A stretch of 64,000 nt of DNA from Mytilus trossulus. Taxonomy: Eukaryota. The DNA lies in the NCBI RefSeq assembly GCF_036588685.1, contig NC_086374.1, positions 74,214,001 to 74,278,000 of the forward strand. Reading direction: 5' to 3'. Of this stretch, positions 51,901-63,900 are shown piece by piece; within the stretch, counting starts at the first letter, position 1, and each line of letters opens with the position of its first letter. The notes under the pieces are model-generated. The model was not told the DNA's origin. It saw only the letters and a list, made by a program, of their open reading frames with translations, and made no database searches. A program made the translations under genes and the position numbers.

Positions 51901-54900
51901 GTACAAAACCATGATTCCAAAAAAACAGAATGATATAGTTTGTACAATGAATTGACTAAATTATAATCTATTTTGCAACTTTGTTCTTGGATTATTTTTT
52001 GCTAAATTTGTTTATCAGTTATCTTATGAAGAACTTACAAATGGTGAAAACTTATAAATTTTAGCATGTTCTAAAGCCCTAACACCTTTTATAATGTTGT
52101 AGTGTCCAATTTTGAGACCCTGAATGATAGTTTCATTTGTTCCCAGCCAATTTTAGTTTCCCAAATCATTTAGACAACATATTCCCCCCCCCCCCAAAGT
52201 ATACACATTCCATCAATTTCCAACAAGGAGGTATAATAACAGCCATTATTTGGCCCCTAGAACTGCAAAATTATTCAAGCATTTCAAATGATGTGAACTT
52301 ACAAATAGATAAACAAGTTGCTTGCATCTTGAAACATTGATGCTGACAGGTAACTTCCAATGTAACTATGCAGTCATAAACATTTTGAACTTTGCTTTAT
52401 TTACCCAAGATGGCTATTTTTATTTCAGACTGGATGTCTCCGTGCAACAAAGAGGATGAGAGATTTAGAAGATAGATTTGAGAATGAAGTAATATTAAGA
52501 GCAGAGAGAATAAGAGATTCACAACCTAAAGTCGATCTACCATCTAGGCCACCACCAAAACTACATATACATAAACAGTGTTGCAGCCATCAAGCAGGTA
52601 TATTGTAATTCCAGACCCTAAGTTGATCAACCAATCAACAATACTCCCGTACATAAGTCCCAAAGTTGGTTTCCGTTCTCTAACTTTAGTTTGCCTCATT
52701 CAAATGTTACCAAACTTATACACAATGCATATTACCACAAAATACAGATCAAGTTCAAACTTTGGTGGTGTCACTTTAATTGTTTTAGAGTTATGTCCCT
52801 TTACAAATGGAAAAATTACTGAATCATTTTGTTTCCATTCTGGAACTCAAGTTAGCCTCAACCATGAAACTTATACACAATGTCTATTCCACAAAATACA
52901 GATGAAGTATGAATTTTGGTGGTGTCACTTAAACCGTTAAATTTAGAGTTATGCTCCTTTACAAATGAAAAAATTGCTATATTTTTTGTTTCCATTCTTT
53001 AACTTAAGTTTGCCTCAATCAAATATCATGAAACTTATACACAATACTTATGCCTCGTTCACACATACCTTTAATTTGATCTGAATTTGAATCGAATGAG
53101 AATCAAATTCGCTAATGGTGTTCACACTCTTCTTTTTTAATTCGAATTGATTCGAATTGGCTTATTCGAATTAACTAATTGGCCTAAGAAATATGTTTTT
53201 GTTAATCCTAATTAAAAGTTAACGTCGTTAGGACAGTAAAGCGAAATTGACGCGCATTCCAATTTCGAATTAGAATTGACCTTAAACGTTATTGATGTGT
53301 AAAAAAACATTAAATGTTTCAAATGCGTATTAAACTAATTCAAATTATTTAATAAGAATCAAATACAAATTACGTGTGAACTCAGCATTATTTCCACAAA
53401 ACTCAAATCAAGTATGAATTTGGGTTGCACCACTTTTACTATTCTAGTGCTATGCCCCTTAACAAAAAGAAAAATTTCTGAATTTTTAGTTTCTTTTCTC
53501 TAATAGAAGTCTGCCTCAACCAAATGTTATGAAACTCATATACAATACTTATAACCACAAAACACAGATAAAGTACAAATTTTGTAAGTGTCACTTTCAC
53601 CATTCTTCAGTTGGGCGTATGACATTTGCGCCGATTTTGAAAATTTTCATTCTTTCATTTGCGCCAATTTCATTTTTTCATTTGCGCCAATTTCATTTTT
53701 TCATTTGCGCCGATTTTATATTTGCCCTTGATTAGATTTACAGGTAGTTAATATTTGTACTTGACTGTACTGTACTATACCATTGATAAAATCTGGTTGT
53801 TCATTTATGTTTTGGTTAATTTTGATTCATATTGGTCTGGAACTTCGTTGTACATGATGCACATATTACACACTGGAACGAGCCAAGGAGTCAATTCTTT
53901 AATCAACGAGGGGCATACATATATAGGAAGGTTAGTGTCCTGAAACATAACAAAATATCTTTCAAATGTACCATAAATCGTGTAAAGCCAGAGTCACCAC
54001 GGATTCTATTGTCAAAATACTGATCGAGCATAAACATGTGGCAGATGTCCGAAAGACAGAGGTTAAAGAACTACGGGTACTGTCAAGGAAAAAGTCTGGG
54101 GGTGTATCTTGTAAGCCTTCTTACATCTCCTCATAGTGAGCAGGGGACAACAGTTATATAAATGTTATGATTGACAATTCATTATATTTGTACAAATGGC
54201 TAATGGAAGAGGTCTAAAATGATAAATGAAAAATAACATGACTTGGATTAAGAGTTCTCTTATTTGCACTCATACCACATCTTCTTATATCTATTCACCT
54301 GTTATTTACCTGTAAAAAAAATCGGCGCAAATGAAATAAATAATCGGCGCAAATGAAAGAAAAAATCAGCGCAAATGAAATGCACATCGGCGAAAATGCA
54401 AAACGCCGCTTCAGTTATGTTCCTTTTTAATTTTTTTAATTAATGAAGCCATACAAAATTTGTAAATCATAACTGGTATCCTATTTACTATGATAGAGGA
54501 CAGCTGTAGCAGCAGCTCAGACTCTAGTGATGAAGATGGTGATGATGATGAGGATGATGAATGGATAGAGGAACTAAACAAAAAGAAAAAACATCCATAC
54601 AGACTGCATGAAGAGTTATGGTACAATGATCCAGGAGAGGTAAGCAAATTAACTATACAGACTCCATTAAGAGCTATGAAAAGGCTATTATTTGAACTTG
54701 GAATTATTTTTGATTATGGAATTTGCATGATTTCTTGTGTTTTAAAATTTTTAATAAATTCCATGTTTATTTCGTATTATAATCTTTTGAGCGTTTAATA
54801 ACACTTTCCTTACAATGTATTTTGGTTAGATAGTGTTGTGTGCGGCACAGTGCATTCTATTGAAAATATACTATTTTTAGCTCACCTGGCCTAAAAGGCC

Positions 54901-57900
54901 ATGTGAGCTTTTCTCATCACTTGGCGTCCGTCGTCGTCGTCGTCGTCTGTTGTCGTTAACAATTTTTCAAACATCTTCTCCTCTGAAACTACTGAATGGA
55001 TTTGAATGAAACTTAGCATGATTGTTCCTTAGTATATCCTGCACAAAATTGCGCTTCGATTTTTGATCCGTCAAAAAACATGGCTGCCGTTACTTAAAAT
55101 AGAACATAGGGGTCAAATGCAGTTTTTGGCTTATATCTCAAAAACGAAAGCATTTAGAGCAAATCTGACATGGGGTAAAAATGTTCATTAGGTCAAGATC
55201 TATCAGCCCTGAAATTTTCAGATGAATCAAACAAACCATTGTTGGGTTGCTGCCACTTAATTGGTAATTTTAAGGAAATTTTGCTGTTTTTGGTCATTAT
55301 CTTGAAAATTATTATAGATAAAGTTAACTGTAAACAGCAAAAATGATCAGCAAAGTAAGATCTACAAATAAGTTAATATGACCAAAATTGTCAATTGACC
55401 CCTTAAGGGGTTATTGTCCTTTAATGACAATTTTTCACAATTTGTTCATCATATTTGCTAACTTTAAAAAATCTTCTCCTCTAAAACTACTCAACTAAAT
55501 TCAACCAAACTTCAACTGAATGATCAGTAGGGTGTATAAAATAAAGTTTGTGCTTTATTTTCTATTTCGTCAAAAAACATGGCCGTCATGGCTAAAAATA
55601 GATCACAGGGTAAAATGCAGTTTTTGGCTTATATCTCAAAAACTCCAGCATTTAGAGCAAATAAGACAATATGTTAAAGTATTTATTAGCTCAAGGTCTA
55701 CCTGTCCTGTAATTTTCAGACAAATTGGGTAACTGGTTTTTCAGGTATAATGCCCCTGAATTGATGATTTTAAAGAAATTTTGCAGTTTTTGATTATTAT
55801 CTTGAATACTATTATAGATACAGATCAACTGAACATTTAAATAAATTGAAAAGCCAAAATAATCATTGATGAGAGATTTAATCAAAAAAATTAAGGTGAG
55901 TGATTCAGGCTCTTGAGAGCCTCTTTTTTTGTAATAGAAAGTGTTGTGCGCAGCACAGAACATTTCAGTACAGAATAAACATGCAATTTATTAAAAAATT
56001 CAATAACAAGAAATCAAGCAAATTCCATAGTTAAAAATAATTCCAAGTTCAAATAAAAGTCTGTTTATGGTACAATGATCCAGGAGAGGTAAGACAATCA
56101 ACCATACAGACTCCATGAAGAGTTATGGTACAATGATCCAGGAGAGGTAAGCCAATCAACCATACAGACTCCATGAAGAGTTATGGTACAATGATCCAGG
56201 AGAGGTAAGACAATCAACCATACAGACTCCATGAAGAGTTATGGTACAATGATCCAGGAGAGGTAAGAAAATTAACTATACAGACTCCATGAAGAGTTAT
56301 GGTACAATGATCCAGGAGAGGCAAGCAAATTAACTATACAGACTCCATGAAGAGTTATGGTACAATGATCCAGGAGAGGTAAGCAAATTAACTATACAGA
56401 CTCCATGAAGAGTTATGGTACAATGATCCAGGAGAGGTAAGCAAATTAACTATACAGACTCCATGAAGAGTTATGGTACAATGATCCAGGAGAGGCAAGC
56501 AAATTAACTATACAGACTCCATTAAGAGTTATGGTACAATGATCCAGGAGAGGTAAGCAAATTAACTATACAGACTCCATGAAGAGTTATGGTACAATGA
56601 TCCAGGAGAGGTAAGCAAATTAACTATACAGACTCCATGAAGAGTTATGGTACAATGATCCAGGAGAGGTAAGAAAATTAACTATACAGACTCCATGAAG
56701 AGTTATGGTACAATGATCCAGGAGAGGCAAGCAAATTAACTATACAGACTCCATGAAGAGTTATGGTACAATGATCCAGGAGAGGTAAGCAAATTAACTA
56801 TACAGACTCCATGAAGAGTTATGGTACAATGATCCAGGAGAGGCAAGCAAATTAACTATACAGACTCCATGAAGAGTTATGGTACAATGATCCAGGACAG
56901 GTAAGCAAATTAACTATACAGACTCCATGAAGAGTTATGGTACAATGATCCAGGAGAGGTAAGACAATCAACCATACAGACTCCATGAAGAGTTATGGTA
57001 CAATGATCCAGGAGAGGTAAGGCAATCAACTATACAGACTCCATGAAGAGTTATGGTACAATGATCCAGGAGAGGTAAGCCAATCAACCATACAGACTCC
57101 ATGAAGAGTTATGGTACAATGATCCAGGAGAGGTAAGACAATCAACCATACAGACTCCATGAAGAGTTATGGTACAATGATCCAGGAGAGGTAAGACAAT
57201 CAACCATACAGACTCCATGAAGAGTTATGGTACAATGATCCAGGAGAGGTAAGCCAATCAACCATACAGACTCCATGAAGAGTTATGGTACAATGATCCA
57301 GGAGAGGCAAGCAAATTAACTATACAGACTCCATGAAGAGTTATGGTACAATGATCCAGGAGAGGTAAGCAAATTAACTATACAGACTCCATTAAGAGTT
57401 ATGGTACAATGATCCAGGAGAGGCAAGCAAATTAACTATACAGACTCCATTAAGAGTTATGGTACAATGATCCAGGAGAGGTAAGCAAATTAACCATACA
57501 GACTCCATGAAGAGTTATGGTACAATGATCCAGGAGATGTAAGACAATCAACCATACAGACTCCATGAAGAGTTATGGTACAATGATCCAGGAGAGGTAA
57601 GCCAATCAACCATACAGACTCCATGAAGAGTTATGGTACAATGATCCAGGAGAGGTAAGCCAATCAACCATACAGACTCCATGAAGAGTTATGGTACAAT
57701 GATTCAGGAGAGGTAAGACAATCAACCATACAGACTCCATGAAGAGTTATGGTACAATGATCCAGGAGATGTAAGACAATCAACCATACAGACTCCATGA
57801 AGAGTTATGGTACAATGATCCAGGAGAGGTAAGCCAATCAACCATACAGACTCCATGAAGAGTTATGGTACAATGATTCAGGAGAGGTAAGACAATCAAC

Positions 57901-60900
57901 CATACAGACTCCATGAAGAGTTATGGTACAATGATCCAGGAGAGGTAAGCAAATTAACTATACAGACTCCATGAAGAGTTATGGTACAATGATCCAGGAG
58001 AGGTAAGACAATCAACCATACAGACTGCATGAAGAGTTATGGTACAATGATCCAGGAGAGGTAAGACAATTAACCATACAGACTCCATGAAGAGTTATGG
58101 TACAATGATCCAGGAGAGGTAAGCAAATTAACTATACAGACTCCATGAAGAGTTATGGTACAATGATCCAGGAGAGGTAAGACAATCAACCATACAGACT
58201 CCATGAAGAGTTATGGTACAATGATCCAGGAGAGGTAAGACAATTAACCATACAGACTCCATGAAGATTTATGGTACAATGATCCAGGAGAGGTAAGCCA
58301 ATCAACCATACAGACTCCATGAAGAGTTATGGTACAATGATCCAGGAGAGGTAAGCAAATTAACTATACAGACTCCATGAAGAGTTATGGTACAATGATC
58401 CAGGAGAGGTAAGGCAATCAACCATACAGACTCCATGAAGAGTTATGGTACAATGATCCAGGAGAGGTAAGCAAATTAACCATACAGACTCCATGAAGAG
58501 TTATGGTACAATGATCCAGGAGAGGTAAGCCAATCAACCATACAGACTCCATGAAGAGTTATGGTACAATGATCCAGGAGAGGTAAGACAATTAACCATA
58601 CAGACTCCATGAAGAGTTATGGTACAATGATCCAGGAGAGGTAAGGCAATCAACTAAACAGACTCCATGAAGAGTTATGGTACAATGATCCAGGAGAGGT
58701 AAGCAAATTAACTATACAGACTGCATGAAGAGTTATGGTACAATGATCCAGGAGAGGTAAGGCAATCAACTATACAGACTCCATGAAGAGTTATGGTACA
58801 ATGATCCAGGAGAGGTAAGCAAATTAACCATACAGACTGCATGAAGAGTTATGGTACAATGATCCAGGAGAGGTAAGACAATTAACTATACAGACTCCAT
58901 GAAGAGTTATGGTACAATGATCCAGGAGAGGTAAGGCAATCAACCATACAGACTCCATGAAGAGTTATGGTACAATGATCCAGGAGAGGTAAGCAAATTA
59001 ACCATACAGACTCCATGAAGAGTTATGGTACAATGATCCAGGATAGGTAAGCCAATCAACCTTTCATACATCACAATCACTTTATACTATGAGGAAAAAC
59101 AAATCTAACATTCAATACCTTATTATTTTAGAATAAAATTCTGTTCAGTCCATATCTCTTTATCAAGCTTTCAAGGAAATAATAAAGTTTTCCACCCCAA
59201 TCTCATATGTATGGGGTGATCTGGTCCTCTCTCTATCTATAAGTTCCAGGCAGCGTTTACTTAAATAAAGATAACATAGTCAGTAATATTTTTAAAACAC
59301 CCGTCTACAGGAAGTATTATAGTATAACGTTGTTTTTCAATTTAATATTTTCAGATGAATGCTGGTCCATTGTGTAGATGTAGTATAAAGTCCAGAAAAA
59401 CAGGAATCAGACACAACAAATATCCTGGTGAAGAGGTAAGACCAAACAATGTACTGTGGATTCATTATTATTCGTTGGTTACCAATTTTCCTGTATTTCG
59501 TGGTTACAGGTGAACCAAATTAAATGTTTAACAAATAACAAAATTACTATAGGCTTGTAAGTACACTTTGGTAAAACCACGAAATCAAATATCAACAAAC
59601 TTGTGAGTTTTACTTATTCCACAATATTTGGTGCCCACGTAATTAAATGAATTCACAGTAGTTGTTTGCTACCTTTTAAGGAGCTTTTAGTTTAATCCTT
59701 CTGAGAAATAGTTGTAAAATTTTGTTTCTTTAACAATGAGAATTCTGTCAAACCTATTTCAATCAACTTAAAATTGAAAATTCCCAACTGAAATTCTCAT
59801 GTTTATAGATGACAAATGACCTTAAATAATGTTACATATCCTGGTCTACATTTAAAAAGGAACTTCATTATGACAGCAGGACTCTTGTCTTAAACTTTAA
59901 TCAGTACTCAAAGTACAAAGTATGTGCTCGAAACATCAATAATCTTGTTCAAACTTTTTATGATTGAAAGGCCTGGAGTTAAATAAAAAAAAACACTACC
60001 AACAATGTTTTCATAAGATTTTGTAATAGAAAAACCCAGTTGAATAATAATCAAATTATTATTTATTATATATAACTATATTATGCAATTAATATTTCAG
60101 GCAATATCTGCATGTGACCCAGAAAGTAACAACAGTAACAAATTGTATCATTACAAAATTAATATGTCTCCACCGACAAACTTTTTGGTAAGTACTGATA
60201 CTCAAACATGAAACTTTACATTGAAGTTGATGGTAATGTTGACCTTGAACTCTGTATACAAGTGTCTTGACCATGTGCTAAATAAATAAATGAATAAATA
60301 ATCTTTATTTCAAGAGAATGATCCCATTCGTTAAAACTAATCTTCCTGAGAGTCCTCAAAATAATAAAAACATATTTATAGGTACATACAGTATTATAAT
60401 GATATATTATACACAATATACAATTGTATTTAAATAATAATGAAAAAGCATATTAATTTGCACAATTGATGAAAAAATTGTAAAATTTTGTTTTAAAAGA
60501 TAATACATAGGACTAGTACTATTGACCAAGAAAACCATAAATATATACATGTATTGGTTTCCAAACTAAAAGTTCAAAGTATTATAACATACAACATCCA
60601 TAAATATATATTTATTTTTCAGACTAAATGTCCCAGTATTATTGACTACGACAACCATGAGTATATATTTGAAGGATACTCTTTGTTCTCCCACAGTAAA
60701 CTTGAAAATGTAAGTATAACTAGTTCTTTACATTCCAGACGTTCTCTGCACATAGATAATGAATCGTTAAATCCAAAATGTTCTCCACACATTAAAAAAG
60801 CAACATTTTAAAAATAAAAAAAGCTAATGCATCAAAAGGATAACAGAAATCAGATATTCCAAAATAAAATGGAAAGAACAACAGGCAACATCAACTATCA

Positions 60901-63900
60901 GCTACTGTCCCGCTGAAAAAATAAATATTCCAACTAAGCCAAAACAAACAAAAAACAATGCATGGTCCAAATTGCCAGATTTGGTACAGGCATAAGATGT
61001 AGTGCAGATAAACTAGTTTTGATATGTGTACAGTATAAATCTCCTTTAGGCTTTTGGGACATGATTGCATTAACAATAAACAACAAGTTTTGGTGTTGCC
61101 ATGAGGTAATAAATAAAAGGGAGACTTAGTCTTGTTGTTTGGTGGTGGTGATGTCATAATGTATAAGTCTGTGATTTTGTTTGTTTAAGGGAAGAGCTAG
61201 TGGTAGGTCAATGATAATTATTTAGTATGCATCTGTATAAGCATTGGCACATTTCATTTCGGTGGAGCTTATTTGAACTTGTCCCCTCTGTCATGGTTTT
61301 ATTGTCTTTGAAACTTTTACAAAACTTGTATGTTCAAGTTCTTGTTAGGTCAGTTAGGTGTATTTTGCCTGAACTTTCAGTTATGGTTAATGACTTTGAA
61401 TATTTACCATAATTTGCATGTTAAAGTATTGCCATTTAAATTTCAACATTTGCGTTGAAATTATATCAAAGTTACATGAAGTAGTGACATATTCCTGTGT
61501 CAACATTTACTAGATTTGATTAAAAAGAATCCAGCTAGATCAAGATATTTATGTTTTATTTGTAGATTCCTGTATGTAAAGTTATTCGATTCAATATAGA
61601 GTACTCAATACAAATAGTAGAACAAGAATTATTACAGGTTTGATTAATTACAAGAACTTTTTAATTACAGTATATTTCAAATATTAACTTGTTTCCACAG
61701 AATTTTTGTTTTGCACTTTATGAAACAAGTACAATGTAATACACAAAACGGTAACATGAATTAAAAAAAAAATAGTTTAACAGACCAAATAAACCCCCAG
61801 CAAAAGACTTTAAAAAATGAAACATGTAAAGCAACACATGTTACAGGTAGACTGACTTGGTATAGGCATAAATGTGATGGGGTTAAATCAGTTTCACATG
61901 AGAAAATGGACAGAATCCTTCTCATTTTTCTACTTAATGTACCTATGTTGATGTTTTTTTCACCTACATTTATTTACGATCTAGACAAAAGCTTCCATTT
62001 TGTAGGCATTTTTTTCATTTAACTTTATTTACTATTGTACATAATTCCACCAATTTAATTTTGAATCTATATTGAATCATAGAAAAAAAATGTTTTGAAC
62101 CAACCTCTAAATTATCCATGATTTAAATGAGGAGTACCCAAATTGCATCCATGCATATTTTCACATCTTTAAACACAGAATAAAACATGGAGGGATTGTA
62201 GTTTAATAATACTTTACTAGAAATTGTTTTTTAAAAATGTATAATTTGTTAAATTTTTGTTTTAAAATACTTAAACAAAAGATGCAATTTTTTCAAGAAT
62301 ATTTATTGATTAGATTTTAGAAAAATGTAAGTTTGTCATTTAATTTTACAATGAATATATATTTTTTCAGAATTTTACAGTGAGGAGTTTGGATTTGTTC
62401 TGTAAGTTTTTATTCACGGAGATATTAGAGTTAGTGGATATTGATTGGAAAGGTCCTGGTGACTCTGAAAATTGTAATAGATACCACTTAATGCCAAGAT
62501 TTGCTAGATCTTTACCAGGTAAATATCATGTACAAGATTGACTGACTTATGGGTTTTATTTAATGCCTATATATATGCAGATAAATACAAAATTTCTCAT
62601 AAAACAAAGGGATCATCAATGTCTGTTCAAGTTACTGTAAACCAATTAATATTTGTAAGCTATATATTTGATGTTAACTTTAATTGTATATCACATTAGT
62701 AGCACAAGTCAAGCACCAATCTTTGACATAAATAGACACTAACTGAATATTTAAAATAAACACTTAAATGTGCACTGGTAGATACATGTTGTGATGTAGT
62801 GCGTAGTGCATTGTCTTGTCCCTTGTAAAACCTGTTAATAGTGGTGGTCAAAATTTTGCCGTCCTAGAAGTCTTTTCATTCATTATTGAGGGAACAAAAT
62901 GCACTGATTTGTAAGAACCAAAATTAAAAAGTTTTGTTTTGGCTTTAATTCTTCCAAATATTTTCAGATGAACCAAGTTCCAAAAAAATTCTTCTGCTAC
63001 GCTCAGATATAAAGTATATATGCAAAACGAAAATTAAACTCTTTATCTTAAAAGTATATAGGAAGATGTACTTATAGTCGCTGTCACGTAAAATTGGCAC
63101 CATGATTTTTGTCAAAATTTTCTTAAATATCGAGTAAACAAGGTCGATATTTAAGAAAATTGGTGGCAATTTTACGTGAAGGTGACTAGTTCTACTGCTC
63201 TAAACAGAAGGTTCCATACATTTATGTACTAGTCTTATTGTATCTTGTGTATAAAGTAGTGAACAATATGTTATTATAACAGAAAGAAAAACAATATTTT
63301 TTTGTAATTATTATTTAAATCTATGTCTGTGCATATTAGTATCATTAGTAAATTACCACAAATATTATGCTTCGTTACACATTTGTACTCACCACATGTG
63401 CTTTATCCTTTTTTATAATCCATATATATTTAATTAAAGAATACTTTTAATTTCTGGTCAATCACATCAAAATTCTTCGATTCAAACTATAATTTATTTC
63501 GCAATCAAATTTTAAAGTTTTTCCAGTTTAAATCAACACATGTTTGTTCAGTGAACCGGATATCCGACAGTGATTTTATACAGTGATATTTTCCCTGGTC
63601 AAGTGAGGCTGTTGAAATACAGGGGCCCCTAAGTATGTGACCTGGGCTTCTTAGGTATTAATATATCAGGAAATGATTGAATAAAATATTTGTTAAAGTT
63701 GAAAAAAAAAAAAAAAAAATGTATACCTGTGGATTTTTTTAAAAATTAATAACTTTTATGTTGTCAACATTCAATTCTTGAATTCTTTGCTTCTGTTTTG
63801 TAGAAAATGGGAAGGAAATTTTATCCATGAATGAAGTACTGAATTATCTGTTAAGTAGCTCTAAGCCTATGGTAGATGAAACTATGCTGAAACAAGTGCA

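Larger units (their letters stand above)
52660..54430. repeat. ~150-bp satellite-like repeat array interrupted by two transposon insertions
   Basis: Four degenerate units (GAAACTTATACACAAT...CCACAAAATACAGAT...GGTGGTGTCACTT...AGAGTTATG); the last unit resumes after the MULE insertion. Confidence 0.75.

Noticed and set aside
56065-59061. CRISPR array (constant 42 nt plus variable 16 nt)
   Set aside because: The variable parts are a few recurring haplotypes, not unique spacers. The unit is a copy of the DROSHA exon/intron junction, the context is eukaryotic and there are no cas genes.
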